64,000 bases of DNA from Plasmodiophora brassicae. Its lineage: Eukaryota. The stretch covers positions 1,116,001 through 1,180,000 of the forward strand of contig CP145411.1 in assembly GCA_036867785.1 (NCBI GenBank), written 5' to 3'. Shown here one piece after another: positions 26,150-39,192 of this stretch. Within the stretch, counting starts at the first letter, position 1. Every line of letters starts with the position of its first letter. The position numbers and the translations under genes were made by a program. The notes below the pieces were generated by a model, which ran no database searches, was not told the origin of the DNA, and was given only the letters and a program-made list of their open reading frames with translations.

Positions 26150-27929
26150 ATGTTGACCAGCCGGCCGCGACGCTCGCACGGCACGGAAGCAAAGACGCCA
26201 ATAGGGAAAGCGATCGCTCGTTCGTCCCTGGCGGCTCGCGTCGTCGTTCTCGCGTCGCTGTTCGTGATCATGGTCCTGTTCGGCGTCCTTGTCGGAAAGG
26301 TACGCCATGCCACGTTGGACGATCGTATCGAATTCGCCCCTGGCGAGCACCTCCAGAGTAGACCGTTCTGGGAGCCCGGCGTAGAGTTCCACGATGATGC
26401 CCTTGCCGCTGAATTGAGAGGCATCCTTGAGCAATTCCAGGCACGCCAACAAGCGCTGCAGGAAGCCGATGCCAGCGACGATGATCACGTCGTCGTCGAG
26501 GAAGAACACGTTGAAGGGAACGAGCACAAACTGCCAAGGGCGTTCGTTGTATCAAGCGACATGCACATGTACACGAATGACGACATGCCGTACTTCGACG
26601 AGAGTGTCGCCGACTTCAGAACGCGCGCTCGGCACCTGCTGGCCGTTGGGCGCAAGCGCACCATGTTTGTCTCGATTGGAAGCTTCCGGGATGACCTGTG
26701 CCCAGCCACCCTCGCCGAACTGTTCGCCAAGGCGGAGCACCCGGAGAACGTGTACGTCGGCCTGGTCGATCAAGTGAAACTGGACGGTGATAGCGACGAC
26801 GTCGCATGCGATTCGACAATCGACGATCGGTTCCGGAAGCAGATCCGCCTCGTGCGTTTACATTCAATGGAAGGCGCCGGGCCGACGCATGCCCGGTACA
26901 TCGCCAGTAAGCTGTGGCAAGGCGAGGAGTTCTACTTCCAGATCGACTCGTAACTTGGGCGGCGCGGGTGAGAATCGTACCCGCGTTTGCTAACGTTCCT
27001 GGGTGCTAGGCACAGCCACTTCCTGCAGAACTGGGACACGGTGCTGATGGATATGATCGACCGCCTGCCGGACCCGTCCAGGAGCATTATCACACACTAC
27101 CCGCCAGGCGACGAGGCTGAATTCAATGACCCCAACCCGCCATGGTCCCCAGTGTGCGCGCCGTTTGCCGAAGGTTCGCTGCTGATGGTTCTGCAGGAAC
27201 TGCGTCACCCGACGCCTGCGTGATGCGCCCGCCGGCCTGTTCATTCAGGAGAGCGACTGGTGCTTCGAGGAGAACCGCACCCCGGGCATTGCTGTCGGGG
27301 ACGATGGCAAGCCCACGACTTGCGTGTCGCCGTTCATGGGCGCCGGCATGATCGTCGGTAGAAGCCAGTGGATCGTCGACGTCCCGTTCGACAAGTACCT
27401 GCCGTACCTATTCCACGGCGAAGAACTCCTGTAAGCCCCCCAGTGAACGTGCCTCGGCGTGTGCGAATCGACGGTGATCGTGGTGCAGGCTGGCGTCCCG
27501 GTTGTGGACCTCGGGCTGGGACATGTTCACGCCCTCGCGAAACATCATCGACCACAAGTACGGCGGACGCGAGAAGAACGTCTTCGCGGAAACCAACGAG
27601 TGGGCGATGGTTGGTGCCGAGATGGTTTTGTCGAACGGTATCGCAGTCCAGATGGGACTGACCCGGGGAGACAGGTCAGTGAGCAGTCTGCCGCGCGAGC
27701 CCGGTACATCCTGAAGAACCCACTGCCTGGTGACGACGACATGGAGTTCGACCCATCGGAGATCGCCGAGCTGGGCCTGGGGTCCTCCAGGTCGTATGAG
27801 GCGTACCTGGAATTCGGCGCTATCGACCTGAAAGACGGGAACTCCACTGGACGGTGCGGCCAATGGTACGACTGGCAGACCAAGGAATGGAAAGGCAAGG
27901 CGAAAGTCCTGCCAATTAGCAATGAATAG
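26150..27929 (+). CDS. GT60-family GlcNAc-transferase (Gnt1/Gnt2-like), type II membrane form
   Basis: N-terminal TM, MFVSIGSFRD..C..TL..LF.KAEHPENVYVGLVDQ, GPTHARY, YFQIDSHSHF, VPFDKYLPYLFHGEE, RLWTSGWDMFTP. Confidence 0.88.
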
Positions 27930-28054
27930 CATCGGCGTTCAGAACTGGAAACGGCTGGTCGCTGTGCGTTTTATTGTCGAGGAGCCAGGCAGGGCTGGCG
28001 CAGATACGATTAACGGCAAGATAGAATTGTTGGAGACCACGCGGCTAGAGGCGT

Positions 28055-29313
28055 TTAGAACATGCCGGGCTTGATCTGTTTGTCGAGCTGAACGCTGCTG
28101 AACCAGTCCAGGAACCGCAACGAAACGGCCAGTTTCTCATCGACCGTGTTCTGAACCTGTTTGAGCTCGATAACCTGCTTCTGGATCTGGGCGATTGTCG
28201 CCGCTGTTCCCGCGATCTTCTCGTCGCCCTTCAACCTGGCACAAACGAGAACCGTTAGCACGTTCCAGCACCACATACCAAGGACAACTGACGTGATCTC
28301 ATGCGCCAGCTGCTCGCACCACGCCCGGTCCGCTTTCTTTTCCAGCAATCGAACGCTGGCCCTGCTTCTGACCTGCACGTCGAGCTGATCGATTCGGGTG
28401 CGCACAGCGTTCCCATCTTCGATGGCGCGATTGACGTCGTTTCGAAGCTCTTGCAACGCATCGCCGACCTCCATCGGCTGGATCAGGCTGACGTCGCATT
28501 GCAGGACATCGACACGTTTCCTGAGCTCGTCCAGCGGCAGCTCGATGCGTTGCTCGATCGTGTCCCGATCAGGGCGCTTCTGGAACTCGGCGTAAATCGC
28601 TTGCATTCGCTCCACGACCGCAGCACGTTCCTCTTTCGCGTCGAGTGTCGCCTGCGTCTGCGCCAGTGCCTCCTCCAGGCGAGCTAAGCGCGGGCCCACC
28701 ACCACCCGGAACTCATCAGCGACGCGAACACGCTCTCCCGCGCTCTCAAGCAGGGGCACCTCGACGCGATCGACCTTGCACGCCAGAAGCTCTTGCATCG
28801 CGTTCAGCTGCCGCGATAATTGCCTATGCCCATCCTCCAGCCTTCGCACAGCTTCCCCATCGGCGAGTCGTTGCGTCACTGATGCTGATAGTGCCTCCAG
28901 GTCAGCCCGAATCGACGTACGCGTCTGCTCATCTGAACGCGCATCGTCAAAACCGAGGGAGCATCGTTGAGGGCGGGCGCCTTACAGTCTTCCGCTTCCG
29001 GTTTCGAAGCCAGGTCATGGTTAACACGATCGAGGTGGCGCTCAATGGCAGTAAGTCTCGGCTGCATGGCTTCCTGCCTCTGCAATCGCGCTTCGAACGC
29101 CGCCAAACGGTTGTCGACGGAGTCCAGGGCGCGATCGAGCGCCGCTCGCACCCGTTGCAACTGTTCGGTGTCGTGCTCATCGGCCCGGGCGACGACGGCG
29201 GCCAGTTGCGCCTCCTGGGCCGACAGCCGTGTCGAAATGCCGCGCAGGATCGCCTCGATCCGGTTGATGTCCAGGACACCTCGCAGGTCGATGGCATCGT
29301 CGTCGTCCGGCAT
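28055..29313 (-). CDS. Coiled-coil hypothetical protein (multi-exon)
   Basis: MPDDDDAIDLRGVLDINRIE.. with heptad-rich exons and repeated K(A/V)DR/E motifs. Confidence 0.7.
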
Positions 29314-29563
29314 TTTGCCCCGAAGGCACCCGACGAGAGTGGGCGGCTCCGGCGGCGCCTTCTCCCTGTCCGCCGCCGTCACACAACCGTTCCCGAATGG
29401 GCAGCACCATATGCTCACCGCCGGCACACAGGCACGCTGGCGTGCGACCACGAACACGTTGCCCCAACAACAGATGCGTCCCTGTATAAATGAGGTGGTC
29501 GTTTTCCGCGACTGCCCTGTCCGGTTGCCTGCAACAGTTGCTGCGGGGTCGCGCCCTGTATTG

Positions 29564-29640
29564 ACTGCAGGCGCGAAGAGCTGCACTGCAGCTCTTCGCG
29601 CAGTGCAGCTCTTCGCGCCTGCAGTGCAGCTCTTCGCGCC
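29564..29640. repeat. Nested inverted/direct repeat of a ~21-bp unit (GCAGTGCAGCTCTTCGCGCC)
   Basis: Perfect 26-bp inverted repeat 29564-29589 / 29600-29625, plus further direct copies to 29640. Confidence 0.9.
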
Positions 29641-29697
29641 CGCGGTGGCGGCGGCGGTTGTGGTGCGGCAAAATCGGCGTGCTGCGGCGCGGCGACC

Positions 29698-30278
29698 ATG
29701 TCGATCAACGGCGTCAAGCAGCTGAAGCGGCTGGTCGTGCATTACTGCCACTGGGGCGGCAGCAGCGCCCACCTGCGGTGCGTACCGACGTGCGCGTCCG
29801 CGGCGCCTGGCACCGACTGACGCGCCGGCGTCGCACAGGGCGTTCGTTCAGGGCGACGAGATCGTGCGGTTCGCCCGGGAGAACCCTGTTCGTCGCGGTG
29901 TCTGTCTGGCGATCCATTGTCTAAACGCTTGCCCGCAGGAGATTGAGATCGTTGCTAAGAAACGCCCGGGGCACCCGTTTCTTGTCGCAGAATACCGTAC
30001 ATCGATCAGGATACGATCCAGGAAACGGTTTGGATATGCTAACCATTGCTTGTCGCGCAGTGAACGGCAAGACCCACGAAATCGGCATCAAGAACAAGGA
30101 CCAGAAGGCGATCCTGTCGACGATATACCAACTACGGAACCGATCCGGGCGCGACAAGTCGACGCTGAACTACTGGGGCCGCCCGCAGACCCACCACCCG
30201 TCCATCCAGGGGCGCTGGTCGCCCGTGGCCAACGACGCCAGCGCCCAGCAGCAGCAGCAGCAGCAAACCTCAGAATGA
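29698..30278 (+). CDS. MRPL43: Mitochondrial ribosomal protein mL43 (4 exons)
   Basis: GVKQLKRLVVHYCHWGGSSAHLR.F..FARENP..PGHPFLVAEY.NG..LRNRSG..PSIQGRWSP. Confidence 0.92.
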
Positions 30279-30458
30279 ATAGAAACATCGTCGTCCGGTC
30301 ACACCCCGCGTCCGGCGTAGGCTGATATCTCTCACTGGGGCGTAACCGTTGGCGCCCGTCGCTGCCGCCGCGCGTATATGTGGGGGGCGCGCCTCATGAC
30401 GCGTCGGGGGCCGAACGGATCGCCAGGCGCATGTTGGTTGCGGAGTTCGGCGTCAACA

Positions 30459-31115
30459 ATGGCGTCGGGCGTCGAGAAGAATATCGACAAATGGTTCCTG
30501 ATCGAGGATTTCGGGTCGCCTGTCGAAGGCACCTGCCTGCTGCCCACGAAGACGCTGTCGAGGTCGGTCCGCGCGGGTCGCGTGCGACGCGGGTGCACGG
30601 GCCGATGGTGATTGCGACAGGGACCCGGCGCACTCCCACACGGTGGAGACGTTCCTGACCAGGAACCCGACGGTGACGGCCATCATCGACCTGAGCAACG
30701 AGACCGACAACTACGAGGTCGCCGGCCGATTCAGTTCCGTAGCGCACCTGAAGATGTCGTTCGAGTCGAAGGTCATCCCCAGCAGGCAGCACGTCGCTGA
30801 TTTCATCCGCCTCGTGCAGGACAACATGCCCCTGGACACGGATAACGTTCGATCGCTCGTGTGATTCGACCCTCGTTGTTCGCGTCTGACGTTGCGCGTT
30901 AGGGCCTCATCGCGGTTCACTGCCACTATGGGTTCAACCGCACCGGGTTCCTGATCTGTTCGTTCCTGTGCGAGGTCGTGGGCCTGTCGCCCGACGAAGC
31001 CATCGACCGGTTCCGAAGAGCGCGCCCGCCGGGCATCAAGCACGAGCACTTCATTCGCGAGCTGTACAACAGGTACTCGCGGAAGGAGCCGCCGTCTGAC
31101 AGCCCGATATCCTAG
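30459..31115 (+). CDS. Stand-alone Cys-type RNA 5'-triphosphatase-like phosphatase (DUSP11/PIR1-like)
   Basis: LLPTKT, IIDLSN, active site VHCHYGFNRTGFLICSFL, F..ARPPGI; no guanylyltransferase domain. Confidence 0.8.
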
Positions 31116-31189
31116 CGCTATTATACAGGAGGAACGCCGATATTATGCCCATGTATTCGGTGTCCTGATGGCCACGACGATCGTGCGCG

Positions 31190-32841
31190 TTACCTGCCGT
31201 TTCGTGGCAGCTGCTTGTAATGGTACGACCCGAGGCTCGTCGTGCTGTACGTGTCGGGGATGTGGTCGGGGCCGCCCACCTTCCAGTGCGACCGTTGCAG
31301 GTACTGTGTCAGCGGCAACGTCCGACCGGTCGGCGCCAGCCTGCACTGGTTCATGCGCTGCCATTCCTCGGTCCCGCCCGACCCGAGCTTGACGCTTGAC
31401 CCGCCCTTGTACTTGACCGTGAACCCGTCCTTGGACAGCGTCCCCGATTTCGGCACGTACGCCTCAGCGGTCGTCGACTTTGGCAGCGACCGCGACCCGC
31501 TTCCGTCGTTGATGTGCACGTGGCACTCCAGCAGGCCCTTCTTGCTGGCCTGCGCTTCGTGGGACCCTTCGGCGAGCACGTCCAGGGCGGACTGCCCAAG
31601 CGGCTGGAAATGTGCCGCCGTCGTCGTCCCCCATTTGTGGTCGTCGTCGCCAGGTTGCCCGCCATCTGCGATTCGGATCCCGCTTCGGAAGTCCATGCGC
31701 TCGCTGATGACAGCCTCGTCGACCACCTTCTTCGGCGTGTACTCCTCGTCGTACGCCGTCTTCCAGGTACTGGCCACCGCCCCGGCTGTCGGGTCACCCA
31801 TTCTCACACTGCTCTTCCACAGCTCTGGGTTCGCTCCCTCCGTCTTCGTATGCCCTGCCGCACACCTGCTCGTGGTCATCGACGCGCTGTTGGCATTAAG
31901 TGACGACAGGGAACGTACTCGGGGTACCCGACTTTGTTCGTCGTCGTTGCCGAGAACGTGCGATCCCGGCCCAGCGTGACGCTGGACGCTGCCAGGGCGC
32001 GTCGCCGAGCGGCCCATGTGACCCGGGCCTGTGCAAGGTTCTCGCCGGCGCCCGACTTGTCGACGTACTGTTCCGCGATGCTCGACCGCCACCCTTCCGG
32101 GCCCTGGTCCGGCTCCGTCCCGATCTTCAGGTGGTCCATCGTGAACGCCAACCGCGTCGATTCGCACAGCGGCGGTGGGGCGCCGCCGCGTACGAACCCG
32201 CCAAAGTTGACGGCCGTGCTGGTCTCCCAGGACCGGTCCTCGGTCCCGGCGCCGATCTTCACCGACGACGCCGTCGTGGACAGCCTGGACCCGATCTGGG
32301 CCTGACGGGCCGCACCAATGTCCCGAGCTGGGAAGCTGGACGCCGACGTCGTCTGGTACATGGTCGCCGGTTGCATCCCCGACCCGAACTTGACGCTGCT
32401 GACCTGATCGGCGGCCGTCACCCGGGTCGGTTTCGACGACGACCCTGCCGGGACCCGGTACGACTCGTGCGTCTGCGCTTCCCACTGTTTGGCAGTACCG
32501 CCCGAGTCGCCCAGCTTGATGTGCGACCCGTACAGGGCGCGTTTCATGTCGGACGATGGCGCCACCGGTGCCAGGGCGGCCTCGTGCATCGCCGATAGTT
32601 GCTGGTGGTCCGCATTGCGGAACATATCGTCACTGTTCGTATAGTTCGTGCTGCCCAGCGTCGTCGTCGTCCGGTACACCTGCTGGCTAGCGCGCAGGTC
32701 CACATGACAGGCGCCGCTGCGCGCCTTGAGCGCCTCGCTCTCCGCCCTGGTCGCGAACACGGGGTGCAGGGCGTAATCGGTCGCCCGCGAATGCACCGAA
32801 CGCGACGCCGGGGCCGTCGAGGCGCGCGACATCGCCGGCAT
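31190..32841 (-). CDS. Ciliary microtubule-binding repeat protein (SAXO/TEX45-like)
   Basis: About 10 repeats of S[HS][VIW]x[LIF]G...[YW]xT[TS]...[FY] (e.g. SHIKLG..WEAQT, SSVKFG..YQTT, SSVKIG..WETST). Confidence 0.6.
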
Positions 32842-33212
32842 GTCGCCTTATGTGTTTAATATATCAAGGTACCTCTCGTACCGGATCGGTAGGTACAGCG
32901 CGCCTAACGTGCTAGGTGGGACGAATTCCGTGCTCAGCAACCTGATCCTCTTCCCAGGTCGACGACCATACCATAGCCCTGGACGGATGTATCCGCGCGA
33001 TCATAACGATGCCACTGCAGACCAATGGGCCGCTGCTCGCGAGCGTGACAATCCCGCCGACCTACGTCGCGTTTGTGAGAGCATGCACGCAAACGGTGCC
33101 TCCCGGCCCGGTGCCTCCCGGGGCCGGCCATACGCATATCCACGTCAATCGGCAAGGTTAACAACGCAAGACGATATGCAATATGCAGGACGAGAAGGGC
33201 ATCCGAACGCGC

Positions 33213-35603
33213 TTAATAGACGCCTATTTCATGTGATGCCAGGTCGGCGACGAAACGGTTGATGATGACGGCGAGTTTGGCCTTGGTCTCGGGCGGTATG
33301 ACATCGTCCAGCGCCGCTTGCTGTGCCAGCTTGATGGCCTTCAGTAGTCGTTGCGGTGCCACGATGGCCCGGATCCAGGGCTCCCCCGTTCGGCCTTCTG
33401 TCGCCTCCAGCGCCAGCCAGGCGCGTGTACGCGCCACGTACTCCCTGTACACATCGCGTGCCAGGACAATCGTCCCGATTCGCCGCATGGCATCGTCCAC
33501 GCGTGGCACTGGCACTGCCTCCCGGATCGCAGCCGTTGCCGTTCGTTTCTTCACCGACTTGGTGGCTTTCGAGATCTGAAACTAAACGTCAGGATGCGCC
33601 ATCCCACAGCGTGGGTAGATGGATACCGTTTTGACTTCGTCGTCGACGTACGCGCTGACAACCTGCTGCTCCAGCACGACCCACTGGCGCTCGATTACGT
33701 CGGCGAGGGCGTTTCGCTGGACGAGGTACCCGCGCCAGAACCGCTGCAGCTGGGTGATCTTGTGCCGGAACAGTTTCACGCCGCGTAGGAGCTTGCGCCT
33801 CTCGAACTGGAGCATGCACTTGATGACCTCGGCCGCCTGGTACTTGCGGGTGATCACCTCCCTCATCTGCCGCTGGCGCAGGCGCAGCAGCCAGACCCGG
33901 CCGAAGCGCTCCTCGACACGTCGCTGGTACGCCCGACGGCGCTTCCTGGACATGCGACGCGCCCATCGTTGCAGGACGTCGACCGCCCAGCGCACCTTCA
34001 GGATCCAGTCCTTGTTGGCGTGGTACGTGTCGACAACGGTCCCGACCCACGCTGCTCGACTGGCGACCATCATCAGGCCCACCCACATCATCTGGATCTT
34101 GCGACGTTGCTCCTCCTCGGGTTGGTACGCGGTCATGGCGTCGGCGGCCAGGGCGGCGAAATCACGAGCCATCAGCTTCCGAAGCCATAGTTCCCGTTTG
34201 CGCTCGCGCTCCTTCCTGATCTGCACCGAGATCGACTTCTTCACCATGATCTTCTCGCGAATCGCCCGGACGCGTCCAGGCGTCGGCGTTGTGGCGCGCG
34301 TCTCCGGTGGCGACGACGTCGGCAACGGCACCGGTGGCGTCGGCGCCGTCTCGCCCTGGTCCGACTTTGACAGCGCGGAGCGGAAGTGGAACCGCTTGAC
34401 GGGTTGGTAGACGCGCCCGCCCTTCGTGAACCGTGATGCCGTGCCGAACGTGCCTGAACGTGACGCAATGGGCTTCTGCTTCAGGTTCGTGGACAGGTCG
34501 TAGGCGGCGGGCCCTGGGCCGTCTGACGCGATCTCGAACATGGACGTGTTCGTCTGCCGGCCGAAGATGGCGGTCGGGACGCGCGGCGCTGTCGCCGCGT
34601 CCCGAACCCGATACGTGCCCGGCCCGGGCCGGTTCCTCTCCTCGTACCGATCATCGTCGTCGTCGACCCGCTCGGTGATGAACGCCGCGTACGTCTTCGG
34701 GCGCAGGTAGTCGCGCACGTCGTACGTCCCGGGCCCGATCCTGTTGCTCGCGTGCACGAGCTTCGCAATCGACTCTGCGGGCGGCAACCCGCAGTATTAG
34801 TCGTCAGTGCGTGCGGCGCATCGCCGACCCGGGGGCCGACCCGCACGTACCTTGGCTGAGGAGGTTCCGTGCAGGCGCGGCGAACTGGACGGCCGGTGCG
34901 CGGGGTGTCGTGTACCCTTCCCGGACGGTGTACGACCCCGGGCCAATGTCGCGCCGGCCTGGTGGTGCACTGCGTGAGCGACGGCGGCGGGCGCGTGCGT
35001 GCGCTACGTACCAAAGGCCGTGTGCGTGCGGGTGCGTAAGCGGTGCACGGGGACCGGTGGCGCGACGCTCTGCGGAAGGCGACAGACGATACCGTCGTAG
35101 GAGCCGGGGCCGCAACGCGGTGCCGTGGCCGCCGGCCGGTGCCGGCCGACGTGTGCGGACGCGGCGCGTAGCGCCCCCATTGTCGACCGGTGCAGGAGGC
35201 TGGAATCGGGGCGCGTCGCGACCGGCAGGTCGCGGGCTCGACCCTTGATGGTGTCTGCGGTCCCCGCACGAGCTCGATCCGTCTTGTAGGGTTCCACGAC
35301 GAGGAAGTAGTCTGCGAGGTGCATGAGTCGAGTTGGCGAGAGAATTGGCACCACAATGGGTGCCTTACTTCCCGCCAGGCGTCCTTGTTCGAGCTCGCGG
35401 TCGATGCGGTCATTGGCAAGGTCGAAGATATCCTTTGACATTTGGGTGCGCGTGGGCGGTCCGGTTGATGGGCGGGCGCCCGGCTGGTCGGTCAGTGGGT
35501 CGGGTCGTGCATCGACGCCGATCACGGTCGTGTTCAGAAGCGGAAGTGGAATGGAACGTGGTATCGTTGACTGACTACGCATGGGCGCCTCAGGTGCCGC
35601 CAT
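33213..35603 (-). CDS. SHIPPO/STPG (PGPGxY) repeat protein with C-terminal IQ motifs
   Basis: GPGSYD, GPGSYT, GPGTYD, PGPGTY and GPGPAAY repeats; LQRWARR and LQRFWRGYLVQR IQ-like motifs. Confidence 0.75.
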
Positions 35604-35715
35604 GCTTGCAACGCCCACCGTCCCTGGTGGCCCCCTATTGGGCTATTGAGCGGCAACGTACCCCTGACGATCCTAAACGAAGTGGCTGCGGGGGAAAACA
35701 GCCTGTCCAACCGGT

Positions 35716-36991
35716 TTATTCCTTGTGGTTGGTGCGAGTGCCGACTCTTCTTTGGACATTGAGGTTGAGGTAGGTTCCCGCGCAGAAGACGACACCAGCG
35801 ATAACGTATGCCATCGAGAAGGGTTTGGGGAACACCAGGAAAGACAGAATGATGCTGAGGACCTTGCGGACGGTCGTGATGGTCGTGGCGGCCACGACGC
35901 CGAACCGTTTGATAATGGCGACGAAGCAGAGCACGCCGCCGTAGACAAACAGCATGCGCACCGTAAAGTACAGGTAGATGACGGGCTGCTGCCCACAGAA
36001 GCGATAGGCCTCGAGCAGCTCGCCAGAAACCTACAGCGAAACAGGACCCATTAAACCATGCAAATGGCAGGCACGCCCATTCGTACAGCCGTGACCAGGA
36101 AAGACATTGCCGCCGCAAACAGATTGCCGAATATCATCAGCTCAAGTGTGGACGCATTATGAGCCTGAATAACAACAGTCAGAAACGCAGGAACGGCCAT
36201 ATGGACGGTGCCGAACCTGCAGGACATGTTCTTGCGAGTTGGAATGCAATGCGTCAAAGAACAAGCTGAAACGTGCGCCAGTTAGCATAGGCATATCCAA
36301 GGGCGATACCTCTGTGCAGAACCTGAGCAGGACAACGCCAATACCAGTCCATGAGAATCGAGGAGAGACATCCGCGTCGCCGAGCGTGAACAGGATCGCA
36401 GACACGACAAGCATGCCACAGGAGACAAGCTCCTGAGATGGGTACCTGCAAGGGCGTTAAAATGGCAGCATGCAGGTATCCGCAGCGAACGAACCGCTTC
36501 TTGTAGATGACGATGCTGCCGATCAGGACGACGATGAGCTTGAGCGATTTGAAGATGACTTGCGATGGGTAATTCAGGTATTGCAAGCTCATGTTTGTGA
36601 GCCCCCTGGCGAACGTCATCGATACGGCAACGATCACGTGGTTGACAAGCGGTGCGCGATGCTCGAAGACCTGTTCGCCAGCAGCCCGGCGCTCGAGGGC
36701 CGCCGTCAATGCAAACCCGAGCAGCTCGAACACGGTCATATACCACCCGAACGTGAAACCGTTGACGTTATTGAACATGTTCTCCTCCAGGCTCCCGCAC
36801 AGGATGAAGAACAGGAAGACGCCGCTCGTCAGCAGGAGCAGCTGGACCATCGGGGGCAGCCCCGACAGGTCGAACATCAGGACCTTCAGCTTGGCCGGCG
36901 CCGGCACGCTAGCATCCTTCGCGCCCGCGCCATTCTCCAGGTCCACCGACTTCACCGGCTCGTACCCATCCTGGTCGTCGACAACGGCCAT
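35716..36991 (-). CDS. SLC35B/UAA-family nucleotide-sugar or PAPS transporter, paralog A
   Basis: TFGWYMTVFE, LTNMSLQYLNYPSQVIFKSLKLI, LFTLGD, NSQE, FG..ATTITTVRKVLSIILSFLVFPKPF. Confidence 0.9.
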
Positions 36992-37217
36992 CCCGGCGGC
37001 ACCCCGAATCTCCGGCCACTGACCGTGACGCCGCGACGCCGCGACGCAACCGGCTGGCGCGGCGAGAAATCCCCCGGCGCCGGCGCCATGCGGGTCCAAA
37101 TTTATACGCCCCCCGCGCCGTCGCCGTCTTGTTTGTTCGGCACACTTCTCGACTCTGCCAGACGAGCACCAGAGGCACAGTGCGGAATGTGAAGGTGAAA
37201 CGCGCCGAAATGTATTT

Positions 37218-37487
37218 TCAAACGGGGCAGTCGTCGTCCGTGAACGGTTTCTTCTGGTGGGCGGCGGCGGCTGATGGTGCTGTGTGGGGTCTTGGGGGTC
37301 GCGTGCCGACGTCGACGCGTGACGCAGCGTTGCGCGGGCGGGCGTCGTCACGGCAGTCGTCGCAGATGTGGAAGGGCATGGGCCGGCGGGTCGGGTGAAG
37401 GACCGACCAGCGATGGCGCCAGCGCAGCCAGGAGACGGTGCACTTCGGGGCATGGTCGCCGCTGTCGTTGTTCAGGACGGATGCCAT
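37218..37487 (-). CDS. Possible small orphan protein (89 aa)
   Basis: GCCATGG start context, GC-rich codons, AT-rich patch after the stop; no homology recognised. Confidence 0.35.
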   Translation of the reverse strand: MASVLNNDSGDHAPKCTVSWLRWRHRWSVLHPTRRPMPFHICDDCRDDARPRNAASRVDVGTRPPRPHTAPSAAAAHQKKPFTDDDCPV

Positions 37488-37715
37488 GGCGTGCACCCAG
37501 GTTTGAGATGTTCGGCAAGAGATGCGGATTGGCAACGGAAGCCGAATGGCAGCGGAAGCTGGCTTGATGGGCGTGACGTCACGGGGAGCACTAGGGGCGA
37601 GTGCTGACTCAACGGATGTATTGGAGTTTGGAGCCGATACGGGATGTGACGGCTGGTGGTCTTTATCTATCGGTCTATAGGGGACGGTGTACGGGTAGGT
37701 AGATCGCAGACGGGC

Positions 37716-39192
37716 TCAAACCGTATGTTTAGGCGGGTCGTAATTATGCACGACTGATTTCTTCTTCGGCGCAGACGACGTAATGCTCAAGTAGGTGCCA
37801 AAGGCGAAGAAGAACGCCGCGAGGGCATACTGGGGAACGAATGGCTTGGGGAACAGGATAAAACTCAGGACCTGACGATAGTCACATCCACACGGACGCT
37901 CTAAAGCAGATCGCAAACAACGTACAATCGTGCAAATCTTCCTGCACGTGGTGACCGTTGTCGCCACGACGCATCCCCACTTCTGTATCAGCAGCAAGAA
38001 GCCCAGGACGCCTACATACGCCGAACACGATCTGCAACCGGGTCAGACAACGAACTGGGGCTGGCGTACAACTATAAGCCAACCTGACGATGAAGACGAG
38101 AAGGACGTGCGGGTGTTCTATACAATACAGGGTGGCTGGATACAGTTCGCCCGATGCGATGCAGGCGCATAAGGCGAATGCTGCCCCGAATAGGTTGCCC
38201 ATGACCATCATCTCTGACACTGATACGCTGTGCTTCTCAAGCATGATCTCCTACGCCACGCCAGTCATTGGCACCCTGAACGAATCCGTCTGTTTGCGAC
38301 ACGATGAACTCGTACCTGCAAATTGCTGTGCGTTGAACTGCACCCTAAGCTAACCAGCACAAGGGTGACGCCGAGCGCGATCGTGCCAGTGGAACGATTG
38401 GTTTCGTCGACAACAGAGATGTCGCCGCTGCGAATGCGTTAGCGGCCCAGCGACAGGAATTTGCAGTGCGCTGGCAGAATGGCAGGAACATACAGCGTAA
38501 ATAACGTGGCGCTCGAAGTCAGAGAAGCCGCTGCGATGTACTCCGTCCACGAGTATCGGGAGGAGTCCCTACATACGTAGGCGGACGGCCATCAGAAATT
38601 GAACGGAACGCGTACGGGGAGTGCACGCGCCGACCGATATATCAGGACGTTGACGAGGAGGACGGCGACCAGTTTCATCGACTTGAACACGACCTAACGG
38701 AGGGCAAACGACGCCGGGTTAACGATGGTAGGTCGTGCGCGGTGGCCGGCTTACCTGCGTCGGGTAACTGAGCAGGCGCAAGCTGGTGTTGCCGAATCCG
38801 CGCCCCAGATACATGCACAGCGCCAGACCGAGATGAGCGGGCACGGGCGCTTGGAGTTCCGTCAGCCTCAGGCGCCGTTCGCACGACCACACGGCGTTAA
38901 CGAGGGCGATCGCTGTGAACACGAACAGCTCCCACGTCGTTATGAACAGCGGATACGGGACGTCCTTGAACATCAGCTCGTCCAAGGCGGCCGCCATCAG
39001 GGAGCACGAAAACAGAATCACGACGACGGCTGTGAACTGGAACCACTCTGGCATCGCCGACAGGTCCACGCAGAACACACGAAACGGGTGCGGCTTCGGT
39101 CGCGGCCGGTCGCCGTTCTTCGCATCCGTATCCGACTTGACGTCAATCACCGACTCATCGCGCTCAACGGGCGCATACGCCCCACGACTCAT
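37716..39192 (-). CDS. SLC35B/UAA-family transporter, paralog B
   Basis: FGNTSLRLLSYPTQVVFKSMKLV, LFTLGD, NLQE, WGCVVATTVTTCRK, LSFILFPKPF. Confidence 0.88.

Noticed and set aside
32840-33262. Plus-strand ORF between the two ciliary genes, with a small CGGTGCCTCCCGG duplication
   Set aside because: No recognisable homology and it overlaps the neighbouring gene end; unsupported.
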